From Oligosphaeraceae bacterium (GTDB lineage Bacteria > Verrucomicrobiota > Lentisphaeria > Oligosphaerales > Oligosphaeraceae): a stretch of DNA of 36,872 nt. Below are positions 1 through 9,408 of the stretch, piece by piece (positions within the stretch are counted from its first letter, which is position 1; each line of letters opens with the position of its first letter). Under the pieces are notes generated by a model that was given only the letters and a program-made list of their open reading frames with translations, made no database searches and was not told the origin of the DNA. Position numbers and translations under genes: made by a program. The DNA lies in contig JAAYYJ010000293.1 in NCBI GenBank assembly GCA_012515455.1, positions 1 to 36,872 on the forward strand, in the 5' to 3' direction.

Positions 1-2463
1 AATCGCCTGACTCAAGGCTTCAGGGTCGGAATCATGCATAAAAACATCTTTCGAGAAGCCGATCGGGATCGTACGGGACAGCCATGACTGCACCGCCACC
101 AGGTCCAGTTTCTCATGCCGTGGACGTGATGCGAATGCGCTCTCAACACGTTCAACCACAGCAGTATAGATATAGTCCAGCAACATTCCGCGTGAATCTT
201 CAGTCAGCAGGATGTTGCGCCGCAATTCATAAATGCTGGCTCGCTGCTTGTTCATCACGTCATCATATTCCAGAGTGCGCTTCCGGGTGACGAAATGCTG
301 CTGCTCCACCCGCTTCTGGGCACCCTCAATGGTCCGGTTCAGCAGGCTGTGCGAAAGTTCCTCACCTTCTTCCAGGCCCATGCTTTCCATAATCGAAGTC
401 ATGCGATCAGACCCGAACAGCCGCATCAGGTTGTCTTCGAAAGAGACATAGAAGCGCGATGAACCGGGGTCCCCCTGGCGGGAGCAACGTCCCCGCAACT
501 GCCGGTCAATCCGCCGGGAATCGTGCCGCTCACTGCCGATGACATGGAGTCCGCCAGCCTCCCTGACCCCCGGGCCCAGCTTGATGTCTGTACCGCGTCC
601 AGCCATATTGGTAGCGATGGTCACCGCCGCAAACTGCCCGGCTCGGGCCACGATTTCGGCCTCGCTCTGATGATGCTTGGCATTCAGGACGTTGTGGATG
701 ATGTTGCGGCGCGCAAGCAGCCGGCTAAGCAGCTCAGAGACCTCGACCGAGATCGTCCCCACCAGCACCGGCTGGCCGCGCTGGTGGCAGTCGGCAATCT
801 CCGCGATGATGGCGTTGTACTTCTCGCGCTGAGTCTTGAACACCCGGTCGTTGTGGTCGATGCGCTGGCAGGGGCGATTAGTAGGCACCACCACCACATC
901 CAGCTTGTAGATGGACTTGAACTCGTTGGCCTCGGTCTCGGCGGTGCCGGTCATGCCGGCCAGCTTCTCGTACATACGGAAGTAATTCTGGATGGTAATC
1001 GAGGCCAGGGTCTGGGTTTCACGCTCAATTTTCACCCCTTCCTTAGCTTCCAGGGCCTGATGCAGCCCTTCACTGAAGCGCCGGCCCGGCTGCGGCCGGC
1101 CGGTGAATTCATCCACGATGATGACTTTGTTGTCCTGCACCACGTACTGGACATCCTTTTCAAACAGGCAGTAGGCCCGCAGCAGCTGCGAGATGTTGTG
1201 AATCAGCTCTGACTTGCTGTCGTATTCCACCTGCGCGGCCTTGCGCTGCTCCATCTTGGTGCTTTCATCCAGACTGTGATCGGCATCAATGGCGCTGAAG
1301 ATCGTGGGCAAATCCGGAATCACGAACGCCGCCGGATCGCCCGGGCGCAGGAATTGCCGGCCCATTTCGCTTAAATCAGCCTCGTGCTCACGCTCGCTGA
1401 TCGTGAAATAAAGCGACTCCTTGACCCTCTGCAAGTAACCGCGGTTGTTATCGTTATGCAGTTCGACGTCCTTCTGGTCCAAAGCCTTGCGGATGCGCGG
1501 GTCCTCCATCAGGCGCATCAGTTGCTTGTGTTTCGGCATGCCCAGCTGAACCTTGGCCAGCTTCAGGTATGCCTCATCCAGGCGCTCCGCACTGGCTGCC
1601 GGCTCAGCCAGGATGGTCTTCGCCTCCTGGAGCAAATCCGCCATCAGCTGGAACTGCCGGTGGTAAAGCTGAGAAACTATGGGCTTGACTTTGTCAAACT
1701 GATGCGTGCTGACTTTGGCCGGACCGGCGATAATCAGCGGCGTCCTGGCCTCATCGATCAGAATGCTGTCGATTTCATCGATGATGGCATAAAAATAATC
1801 CCGCTGCACCAGTTCGTCTTTGCTGTTGGCCATACCCATATCGCGCAAGTAGTCAAAGCCGAATTCGCTGTTGGTGCCGTAGGTGATATCGCAGGCATAC
1901 TGTTCCCGGCGCTGCTGGGGAGACATATTATTCTGGATGCAGCCGACGGTGAGTCCCAGCCACTTAAACACATGCCCCATCCACTCGGAGTCACGCCGGG
2001 CCAGGTAGTCGTTGACCGTCACCAGCTGCACATTCCGCCCGGATAGAGCGTTCAAATACAAGGGCATGGTCGCCACCAGGGTCTTGCCCTCACCAGTAGC
2101 CATCTCAGCGATGTTGCCCTGGTGCAAAGCTATGCCGCCCAGCAGCTGTACATCGAAGGGAACCATGTCCCAGGGAATCCGGTGACCAGTGACCAGAACG
2201 CTGTTCTCTTCCGGATTCTTGCTCGCCTGCAAGCGGCGGCAGGCATCCTTTACAACCGCAAATGCCTCACACAGAATATCATCTGTACTCTCGCCAGCTT
2301 TCAGGCGATCCTTGAATTCCTGAGTCTTGCCCTTCAGCTGCTCATCGCTTAAACTGCGATAGGAATCAAACCACTCGTTGATCTTGACTACCAAAGGGTG
2401 CAACTGCTTCAGCACCCGGGTATTGCGATTACCGAATATTTTTCTGGCCAGCCAATGCAACAT
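1..2463 (-). CDS. secA: Preprotein translocase ATPase SecA (N-terminal ~821 codons; C-terminus lies beyond the window start)
   Basis: Absent from the ORF track because the ORF runs off the window edge. Minus-strand translation from the ATG (complement of 2461-2463) reads MLHWLARKIFGNRNTRVLKQL..., a typical SecA N-terminus. The Walker A motif EMATGEGKTLVATMP is encoded around 2060-2107. The plus-strand ORFs 523-1212 and 1384-2046 are antisense shadows. Confidence 0.95.
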   Translation of the reverse strand, partial: MLHWLARKIFGNRNTRVLKQLHPLVVKINEWFDSYRSLSDEQLKGKTQEFKDRLKAGESTDDILCEAFAVVKDACRRLQASKNPEENSVLVTGHRIPWDMVPFDVQLLGGIALHQGNIAEMATGEGKTLVATMPLYLNALSGRNVQLVTVNDYLARRDSEWMGHVFKWLGLTVGCIQNNMSPQQRREQYACDITYGTNSEFGFDYLRDMGMANSKDELVQRDYFYAIIDEIDSILIDEARTPLIIAGPAKVSTHQFDKVKPIVSQLYHRQFQLMADLLQEAKTILAEPAASAERLDEAYLKLAKVQLGMPKHKQLMRLMEDPRIRKALDQKDVELHNDNNRGYLQRVKESLYFTISEREHEADLSEMGRQFLRPGDPAAFVIPDLPTIFSAIDADHSLDESTKMEQRKAAQVEYDSKSELIHNISQLLRAYCLFEKDVQYVVQDNKVIIVDEFTGRPQPGRRFSEGLHQALEAKEGVKIERETQTLASITIQNYFRMYEKLAGMTGTAETEANEFKSIYKLDVVVVPTNRPCQRIDHNDRVFKTQREKYNAIIAEIADCHQRGQPVLVGTISVEVSELLSRLLARRNIIHNVLNAKHHQSEAEIVARAGQFAAVTIATNMAGRGTDIKLGPGVREAGGLHVIGSERHDSRRIDRQLRGRCSRQGDPGSSRFYVSFEDNLMRLFGSDRMTSIMESMGLEEGEELSHSLLNRTIEGAQKRVEQQHFVTRKRTLEYDDVMNKQRASIYELRRNILLTEDSRGMLLDYIYTAVVERVESAFASRPRHEKLDLVAVQSWLSRTIPIGFSKDVFMHDSDPEALSQAI

Positions 2464-2644
2464 CTTGCCTATTCTCACGCTTTATGTTCAAACTCAATAC
2501 TGCTCCCGCAGAGAAAGGGGGACGGTCCCTAAAACAAAGACTACCGGAAAACACCACCACCCGTACTGCAGGCACGGGATTTTTACATTCAACAAATTAA
2601 ACCGGCCCGCACCGTCTCCTGTACCGGTTCAGTCTCCCTGGGGA

Positions 2645-3214
2645 TTATTTGGACCCCGGCTTGTCGATGGGCAGTCCCTTCTGGCAGAGCGGGCAGTTCT
2701 CCGGGTTATAGGTCGGTAGCCGCAGCTGCAGCAGTGCCCGGTAGGGGATGCCGAAATCGACCACCCCCTGACTGCGATCGACCAGGGTCGCCACCCCGAC
2801 CGGGATGGCTCCGCAGGAACGTACCAGGTCGATGGTCTGCTGCACCCTTCCACCCTTGGTGACCACATCCTCGGCCACCAGGACTTTCTCGCCCACAGAC
2901 AAGGAAAAACCGCGCCGCAGCAGCAGATTCGAGGCCTCGTCTTTTTCGGCAAAGATCGCTTTCACGCCCAGAGCCCGTCCGACCTCCTGCCCCACAATAA
3001 TGCCGCCAATGGCCGGCGATATCACGGTCTCAATGCCCTGATTCCGCCATGACTCCGCCAAAGCCTGGCAGAGTCTGGCAGCAATCAGGGTGTGCTGCAG
3101 CACCAGCGCGCCCTGAAAATACTGATCGCTGTGCAAACCGCTGCGCAACAGGAAATGCCCGCGCAACAACGCACCGGTATCGGCGAACTGCTTTAAGATT
3201 TCTGATTCTTGCAT
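2645..3214 (-). CDS. pyrE: Orotate phosphoribosyltransferase
   Basis: 189 aa. The PRPP-binding loop VLVAEDVVTKGG and the overall short-form OPRTase pattern (GHFLLRSGLHSDQYF...) are present. Confidence 0.9.
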   Translation of the reverse strand: MQESEILKQFADTGALLRGHFLLRSGLHSDQYFQGALVLQHTLIAARLCQALAESWRNQGIETVISPAIGGIIVGQEVGRALGVKAIFAEKDEASNLLLRRGFSLSVGEKVLVAEDVVTKGGRVQQTIDLVRSCGAIPVGVATLVDRSQGVVDFGIPYRALLQLRLPTYNPENCPLCQKGLPIDKPGSK

Positions 3215-3289
3215 TTTTTCTCCAATATTTGCACTCCGGCCTTTGCCATCTCGATTAATCGCATTAACTTATTAGCAGTAATGCCAGAT

Positions 3290-3318
3290 TTGCATCCAAC
3301 CGGGCAATTGGTTAAGAT
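3290..3318 (+). promoter_or_regulatory. Candidate sigma70-like promoter for the 3342 gene
   Basis: TTGCAT, a 17-nt spacer, then TAAGAT, about 24 nt upstream of the ATG. No clear Shine-Dalgarno follows, and promoter consensus in this lineage is unknown. Confidence 0.3.
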
Positions 3319-3341
3319 AACCTCTCAAAGCAGTAATTTCT

Positions 3342-4910
3342 ATGTGCATTGCAAAATCCCCGCTAATTTTCCTGTCGTTGGTACTCATCCTTTGCCCCCT
3401 GCGCCTCCCTGCGCAGTTTGAGGATATCCCGGCGGAAATCCGGCAGGCATGGCTGAGCGCCTATCTTCTGATTGAGAAAGCCGAGCAGCAGAGCAGCGCC
3501 GGAGATGTCTTAGGCGCGCTGGATTTATTGCGCCAGTCCTGGGAAACCCTGTCGCGGCTCCAGAAGGAACACCCGCGCTGGAACCCGGGCATGCTCGCTT
3601 TTCGGATGGAGAACTGCCGCCAGAAGATTCTAGCGCTGGAAGGCCGGGAGCAGGGCGCGATCGCAGCCATGCCCCGGGAGGAGCTGGAGAAATTTCTGCG
3701 CTCCGCCCGGGAGCGCCTGCGCCTGGCTCACCCCCTGAGCCAGGCATCACCGGTCAGCTCTGCCCCGGACTCGCCAGTGCCGCTGCCCGCCCAGATGGAT
3801 TTCTTGACTCGCCTGAATGCGGAAAAACAGCAGTACCAGGCCGAGAACAGCGATCTCAAGACCAGCCTGCAGGAGCTCAAGGCCAAGCTGGAACAGACTG
3901 AATTGCAGGCGCAGGCCTGGCGGCGCACTGCCGCCGGCATGGACAAGCTGCAGCAGGAAATCACCGCCCTCAAAGCCCAAAACCAGGAACTGGAGAGTTT
4001 CCGGCAAAAAGCCGTGCTTGAACTGCACGAACAGAGCAGCAAGGTCCATACCCTGACCCAGGAACTCAGCGGGGCCAAGACCGCACTGACAGAACTGCGC
4101 CGCACGCCTCAGCCCGACCTCTCCGGGGACAAAATTGCCGCAGCGCAACAGGCTGCCGCACAACAGGTCGCCGCCGCACAGCAGGCTGCGGCCCAGCAAG
4201 TCGCCGCCGCCAAGGCCGAATCCAGCCGTCTGGTCCAGGAACAATGGTCGGCCGCGCAGCAGCAGCTCAAAGACCTGCAAGGGCAGCTCCAGGGCTTACG
4301 CAACGAGCTCGAACAGGTGAAGGCGGCAGAACTGCGGCGCGAGAAGGAAAACCAAGCCCTGGCGGATTTTATTCAGAAGGCCATCAGTTTGGAACAAAGC
4401 GGGGAATGGTCCGCAGCAGCCAAACTCTGGCAACGCATTGCCAGCGCCCGCCCTGGTCACGTCCAGACTCTAGCCCGCATTCCGGTACTGCTGCAGCAGG
4501 CCGGCGAACCGACCCAGGCCGGACTGGCCCTCAATAATTATCTCAACCAGGCGGCCGGAGACTTCAATACTCTCCTCAGCTTGGGAGAATCCTGCCTGCA
4601 GGCTAATCAGCCGGCCTACGCCATCACATTCCTGAGCTGGTGCGCGCTCCTCCAGCCCGAAAACGTCCAAGCCAAAGCCGCACTGGGAATGGCCTACGCC
4701 GCCGCCGAAATGCCGCAGGCAGCCGAGAACTATTTGCGGCAGGCCCTGGCCGCGGACGCTGATTACCAGCCGGCCCTGACGGCGCTGGCCATGATCATGG
4801 CCACCGCCAAGCCGCCCCGGACGGCAGAAGCCAAGCAACTCTATCAGCGTGCCCGCACCGCCGGCGCCGGCGCTAACCCGATCCTAGAGGAATTGCTGCA
4901 GGAGCCATAA
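3342..4910 (+). CDS. Secreted TPR / coiled-coil protein
   Basis: 522 aa. It has an N-terminal signal-like segment (IFLSLVLILCPLRLPAQ) and a central Q/A/E/L-rich heptad-like region that includes AAAQQAAAQQVAAAQQAAAQQVAAAK. The C-terminus carries TPR-like repeats (..GMAYAAAEMPQAAENYLRQALAADADYQPAL..). Confidence 0.7.
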   Translation: MCIAKSPLIFLSLVLILCPLRLPAQFEDIPAEIRQAWLSAYLLIEKAEQQSSAGDVLGALDLLRQSWETLSRLQKEHPRWNPGMLAFRMENCRQKILALEGREQGAIAAMPREELEKFLRSARERLRLAHPLSQASPVSSAPDSPVPLPAQMDFLTRLNAEKQQYQAENSDLKTSLQELKAKLEQTELQAQAWRRTAAGMDKLQQEITALKAQNQELESFRQKAVLELHEQSSKVHTLTQELSGAKTALTELRRTPQPDLSGDKIAAAQQAAAQQVAAAQQAAAQQVAAAKAESSRLVQEQWSAAQQQLKDLQGQLQGLRNELEQVKAAELRREKENQALADFIQKAISLEQSGEWSAAAKLWQRIASARPGHVQTLARIPVLLQQAGEPTQAGLALNNYLNQAAGDFNTLLSLGESCLQANQPAYAITFLSWCALLQPENVQAKAALGMAYAAAEMPQAAENYLRQALAADADYQPALTALAMIMATAKPPRTAEAKQLYQRARTAGAGANPILEELLQEP

Positions 4911-5256
4911 TGCACCGCGGTCAGGCCAAGTCGTCGCTCTGACAGCGGTAGTTCTGCAGCACCGTCTTCCCGGCCTGAACGGTCGACGGAATCATCGGAC
5001 AGCGCAAATCATAGCGGTGCACAGTAAGGCAGACGTCCCCCAAGGACGGGGTGGGGACCAGTTGGTCGGATATCGGCCTACAGTACCTAAGCACCGGCAG
5101 GCGTGCATTCTCTGCACCGCAGATTGACCATACTCAACCTCAGCAGCGGAGGCAATCACCAGCTTACCGATAAATGCGGTCACCCTTGCTACTGCAGTCA
5201 GCCGCAAAACAGCGTTTGGTCTTGATCTGCGGCCTGGGATTATGCCCTTGCCCCGC

Positions 5257-6828
5257 TTACAACGCCAAGCCGAGTTCCTCGTCCAGGGAATCCAGGGCGG
5301 TTTTCTCCTCTTTGGCCATGTTCTTGGGCATCTTGTAAGTGGGCAGATAACGATAATAGACCTGCAGGCTCAGACAGCAGAGGGCAGTGGTATACCAGCG
5401 GTCATAGGCTCCGGGATTGCCGACCTTGCCGGTCTTGGGGTCAGGCTTCAGACCAGGCGGACATTCCCAATAACCTTCTTCTTTCTGATTGCTGACCACC
5501 ATCGGCGCAAATTTCTCGTTCCACTTGCGCCACGAGGACTGACCAGTATGGAACATCACCTGGGTTTCGTAATACCAGTGATACATCGGATTGGAATGTG
5601 CACCGCTGATCAGCAGTTTGGGATTTGACCAGATGATGGTGGGCAGATGCGTTTCCACGATCAGCTTGGAGACCGTCTTGGCTTCCTTGCAGCCGCCCTC
5701 GCCCAACAGCTGCAGACAAAGGGTGCCCGCGCCCTGCATGCCCCAGCTGCCGCCGCCAGGGGAAGCATAGCCCATGGGCTTGGTGGCGTTAGTCTTGGAA
5801 TAGGCGACTTGTTTGATGAAGCTGATCGCCCTGTCGATGGCTTTGTCTAAATCAGCGACACTGGCGCCCGAGACAAAACCGGCCTTCATGGCCTGGAACT
5901 GCCAGCCCGCGACCGACAAATCCCAGCGCTCGGCCTTGGCATAACTGTAATCGTAACCGCCGCTCTTCTGCTGGCCGTCAACCACCAGAAACAACGCCTT
6001 GTCCATGGCAGGCTTCAGATTCGGCAGTTTGGTCATGCCGTACGCTTCCGAAAGGGCATACGCCACAATGCCGTTGGTGTATGGCTCAATCTTGGGCTTC
6101 CCACCCGTTGTCTCAGGCAGACTCTCGACGTGCCGAATCAGGTACTGCATGGCATTCTGAACCGTCTGCCCATATTCTTCGCTGGTCGGCGTCTCACCAT
6201 GGGCCAGATAAGCCAGCAGACAGAGACCAGCCATGGCCGGACGCGAGCTGGGCCCCCAGGAGCCATCACTGTTCTGCGTCTTCTTCAGCCATTGCAAGGC
6301 CTTCACCACTGCCCGCTCGGTTGCGTCATTGCCGCCGAATTTGCGCCGCTGCTGGGTCCTCCCCTCGTTGGTGCGCCCGCCATACAGAGAAGACAACTTC
6401 AGGGGTGAATCATTGGCCCGGATATCCAGCACATCGGAAAAATTCATGGCGTCGTCAGTGGAGGCCATCTTGTCGCTGAAATCATCTACCGAGGCCACGT
6501 CGGTGACCTGCGCATCGCTGACGATATCCGGCCGTTCCACCGTGGGCACCACTTCCTCCGCGACCTCTTCGAGCTTCTCGAGCTTCTCGAGCTCCTTCTG
6601 GTCCAGCTCCTTGACCTCCAGTTCCTTCATTTCCAGCTCAATGGAGGCCCGGGTGGCTGTCGCTTCGGGCTCATAGAACAGAATTACCGAGCCCATCAGC
6701 AGGATATGCACCACCAGGGAAATCACCGGACCGATCATGCTCTCGAGCATTTTCCGGTGCTGGTACTCTGCCAGGATGGCATCGGCATCAAACGCCTGAA
6801 TCGGGCTTTGTTGGTTGTATTCTTCCAT
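5257..6828 (-). CDS. Membrane-anchored protein with a TonB/TolA-like N-terminal topology and a C-terminal QW-repeat alpha/alpha-toroid (prenyltransferase/squalene-cyclase-like) domain
   Basis: 523 aa. It has a single TM segment (MIGPVISLVVHILLMGSVILFY) followed by an E/K-rich spacer (ELEMKELEVKELDQKELEKLEKLEEVAEEVV). The C-terminal domain carries a QW-type motif (ALQWLKKTQNSDGSWG) and aromatic-rich toroid-like repeats. It is the last gene of the ExbB/ExbD operon. Confidence 0.75.
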   Translation of the reverse strand: MEEYNQQSPIQAFDADAILAEYQHRKMLESMIGPVISLVVHILLMGSVILFYEPEATATRASIELEMKELEVKELDQKELEKLEKLEEVAEEVVPTVERPDIVSDAQVTDVASVDDFSDKMASTDDAMNFSDVLDIRANDSPLKLSSLYGGRTNEGRTQQRRKFGGNDATERAVVKALQWLKKTQNSDGSWGPSSRPAMAGLCLLAYLAHGETPTSEEYGQTVQNAMQYLIRHVESLPETTGGKPKIEPYTNGIVAYALSEAYGMTKLPNLKPAMDKALFLVVDGQQKSGGYDYSYAKAERWDLSVAGWQFQAMKAGFVSGASVADLDKAIDRAISFIKQVAYSKTNATKPMGYASPGGGSWGMQGAGTLCLQLLGEGGCKEAKTVSKLIVETHLPTIIWSNPKLLISGAHSNPMYHWYYETQVMFHTGQSSWRKWNEKFAPMVVSNQKEEGYWECPPGLKPDPKTGKVGNPGAYDRWYTTALCCLSLQVYYRYLPTYKMPKNMAKEEKTALDSLDEELGLAL

Positions 6829-6885
6829 CTGTCACCTCAACAGCAGGGCGAGAACAGAGTAGCGTGCTTCCCCGGCAAGGCAGGA

Positions 6886-7275
6886 TCAGCGCAGAGTCAC
6901 CACATTCAGCTTGGTCAGACCAGCCCCCTGGCAGAGGTCCAGTACATTCACCAAATCCTGGGCTTTGGCACTGATGCTGACCTTGATGATCACCGTCAAA
7001 TCCGGGTCCCGGAAAGAATTCAGGGTGGTCTCCAGAGTGGCCAGGGACACACTGGTCCCGCGCAGGGAATACTGCCCGTCATAGACCTCGACTTCCAGCA
7101 GCTGCGGTTTGCTCTCGCTGGCTTTGGCACTGCCCGGTGTCGGCAGATTGATCGCCAGATGAGCCTCGGAAATCTCTTCCTTCTGGGTGATGATAAAATA
7201 AATCAGCAGCAGGAATACCACGTCGATCATGGACGACATCGGCACCGCTAGCTTGTCATCGTACTTTTTCCGCAT
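6886..7275 (-). CDS. exbD: ExbD/TolR-family biopolymer transport protein (paralog 2)
   Basis: 129 aa. The N-terminal TM carries the conserved Asp (PMSSMIDVVFLLLIYFII). Size and periplasmic domain are typical of the family. Confidence 0.85.
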   Translation of the reverse strand: MRKKYDDKLAVPMSSMIDVVFLLLIYFIITQKEEISEAHLAINLPTPGSAKASESKPQLLEVEVYDGQYSLRGTSVSLATLETTLNSFRDPDLTVIIKVSISAKAQDLVNVLDLCQGAGLTKLNVVTLR

Positions 7276-7297
7276 TTGTCGCTCCCCTTGCGCTGCC

Positions 7298-7708
7298 TCA
7301 ACCCTCTACCATGGCGGCAATTCTGACCCGGTACAAACCGACTCTGGCAGCACGCTGCATCACCCGGTCGATGTAATCAAATTTCGTGTTCCCATCACAG
7401 CGGATCAGTAGAGGCAGTGAGTCTCCGGCCTGGATTTTCAAGGCCAGGAGCATCTGCTCCAGCTGGTTCAAAGTAACCGGCTGCAAGGCGATATTGATCT
7501 GCCCGCGCTGATTGACATTGATGGTGACCATGCGGGGGTCATTGGTTTCAACCGCCGGAGACTTCTTGGCCTCAGCGAGGATAATGCTCTCATCGACCAT
7601 ATCCTTGTCAACCGCAGCGGTCACCACGAAGAATATGATCAGGAGAAAAACGATATCAATCATGGAGGTGATTGGCGTCTCCAGATCGTCGCCGCCTCGA
7701 TTGCGCAT
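7298..7708 (-). CDS. exbD: ExbD/TolR-family biopolymer transport protein (paralog 1)
   Basis: 136 aa. The TM carries the conserved Asp (PITSMIDIVFLLIIFFVV), and the gene lies directly downstream of the ExbB-like gene. Confidence 0.85.
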   Translation of the reverse strand: MRNRGGDDLETPITSMIDIVFLLIIFFVVTAAVDKDMVDESIILAEAKKSPAVETNDPRMVTINVNQRGQINIALQPVTLNQLEQMLLALKIQAGDSLPLLIRCDGNTKFDYIDRVMQRAARVGLYRVRIAAMVEG

Positions 7709-7768
7709 ATCTGTACCCTTTATTTAGATGGCCGGAAAACACTGCCCGTCCCAATCCGGACTGCGCCC

Positions 7769-8518
7769 TTATTCTTCCACTTCGGCTTTGCGCAAGGGCT
7801 TGATCAATTCCAGCACCGTGGCTTCCGATTCCAGAATCAAGCGTGTGGCGTTGTTGCGGAAATAAGTATAGAACAGCAGGGCGGGGACGGAAATCAGCAG
7901 CCCCACGCAAGTAGTCCAGAGCGCGGTGGAGATAGAGTTGGCCAACACCCGGGCTTTGGCTGCGCCGGTGGCGCTGGCCAGACCGGCAAAGGCCAGTACC
8001 ATGCCGACCACGGTGCCCATCAGGCCCAGCATAGGCGCAATCTGCCCGCAGATGTTCAGCAGGCCCACCCGCTGCATCAGCTTCTCGGTCTCCAAATCAG
8101 TACGGGAGGAGACCGCCTGCTGCACCACATCGTAGCCGTCATAGATATTGTCGAAGGCTTCCTTGAGGATGTTCGACAACGAGCCGGGATTGGCCTGGCA
8201 GGTGGCAATGGCAGTCTCGAGGTCGCCATTGGCCAAAGCCTGGCGCACTCCATCCACCAGCAGTGCCGGAATCAGCTTGTCTCGGCGCACGACCATGAAG
8301 CCATCGATGGCGAACCACAGCATCGCGAAGGAAGTGGCAAAGATACCGATCCAGATAATCAGATTGATGATGCTGCCGCCATAGAGGATATTCCACATGC
8401 CGCTGCCGGCAGGTGCGGCCTCCGCCTCAGCCGCAGCAGCGGCAGCTTCCTGAGCCATCACTCCGAGCTGCAGGACAAAAAAACTCAGCACGGCGATTTT
8501 TGCAGACAACGCTTTCAT
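7769..8518 (-). CDS. exbB: MotA/TolQ/ExbB-family proton channel
   Basis: The family signature is present (..APMLGLMGTVVGMVLAF..ISTALWTTCVGLLISVPALLFYTYF..). I prefer the internal ATG at 8518 (MKALSAKIAVLSFF...) because AAGGAGAG lies about 5 nt upstream; the ORF-track start is 8560. The N-terminus has a signal-like segment plus an Ala/Glu-rich stretch. Confidence 0.85.
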   Translation of the reverse strand: MKALSAKIAVLSFFVLQLGVMAQEAAAAAAEAEAAPAGSGMWNILYGGSIINLIIWIGIFATSFAMLWFAIDGFMVVRRDKLIPALLVDGVRQALANGDLETAIATCQANPGSLSNILKEAFDNIYDGYDVVQQAVSSRTDLETEKLMQRVGLLNICGQIAPMLGLMGTVVGMVLAFAGLASATGAAKARVLANSISTALWTTCVGLLISVPALLFYTYFRNNATRLILESEATVLELIKPLRKAEVEE

Positions 8519-8571
8519 CGATTCTCTCCTTAAGGTCATAAATGGGCAGAAAATAAACAATCAGTGATTTG

Positions 8572-9330
8572 TTATTGGTAGGCGGCGATTTTATCCACGC
8601 GCGGGTCGTTCAGCTCCCGCATCAGTTTAGTAGCCCTGGATTTGGCCATACTTCTGACCTCATCGACCTTCTTGTTGTTCTCAAACAGCATCAGCACCTT
8701 CAGATATTCCAGCACAGCCTGTTTCTTGTCACCTTTGGCCTCGGCCATTTCCCCGAACAGACAGAAGGCCTGCGCGGCTTTAGCCTCATCGGCGCTGACC
8801 ATCTGGCGTTTCAGCACGCTGTCCGCCTTGTCGTAATCCTTATCGGCGATGTAGATCTTGACCATTGAGGCTTCGAGCAGTTCACGCTGCTCTCCCGCCA
8901 GACGGTTGGCCGCAACCAGCACCCGCTTGGCCTCGGCGACCTTGTTGCCGGTCAGCAGCGCATCAGCGTGCATAGAGGCAATCACATTGCTCCAGCCCAG
9001 GTATTTGTACTTCGCAAACACGCCATCCGCCTGACTGATGACCTGGTCGTATTTCTTCTCGGCGAACAGCTGTTCCAGGGCCGCGACCTCCTTCGGCTTG
9101 CTGACAAAGCCCATCTTGTACTGCCCGGCTCGGAACGGCATCTTGAGCTTGCCGTCCACATCCAGAACCAGATTGCCCTGGTCATCGGCCTTCAGGGCCC
9201 GGCCGCTGATTTTGCGGTTGTCACTGGTGATGACGTAGCAGTCCTGCTTGCCTTGTGCCTGGGCCAAGCCTGGCGCACCGATTACCGCCAGCAACAACAG
9301 ACTGAGCATATACCGTTTACAATTCGCCAT
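8572..9330 (-). CDS. Secreted TPR-like protein
   Basis: 252 aa. It has a signal peptide (MLSLLLLAVIGAPGLAQAQ), a small N-terminal domain and helical TPR-like repeats. GGAGG lies about 9 nt upstream of the ATG. Confidence 0.7.
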   Translation of the reverse strand: MANCKRYMLSLLLLAVIGAPGLAQAQGKQDCYVITSDNRKISGRALKADDQGNLVLDVDGKLKMPFRAGQYKMGFVSKPKEVAALEQLFAEKKYDQVISQADGVFAKYKYLGWSNVIASMHADALLTGNKVAEAKRVLVAANRLAGEQRELLEASMVKIYIADKDYDKADSVLKRQMVSADEAKAAQAFCLFGEMAEAKGDKKQAVLEYLKVLMLFENNKKVDEVRSMAKSRATKLMRELNDPRVDKIAAYQ

Positions 9331-9408
9331 AGCGCATTTACCTCCGCATTTGCCTTATATATTTTCTGAATTGCTGCTGTTTTCCACCTGCCGGCAAGGG
9401 GCACCGAC

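Noticed and set aside
523-2046. Plus-strand ORFs 523-1212 and 1384-2046
   Set aside because: They are antisense shadows of secA. The minus strand gives an uninterrupted, motif-rich SecA translation.
4992-5207. 71-aa minus-strand ORF in the convergent gap
   Set aside because: It has no SD and no motif, and the region is better described by its hairpins. I also checked the gap by eye for RNase P, tmRNA, SRP RNA and 5S signatures and found none.
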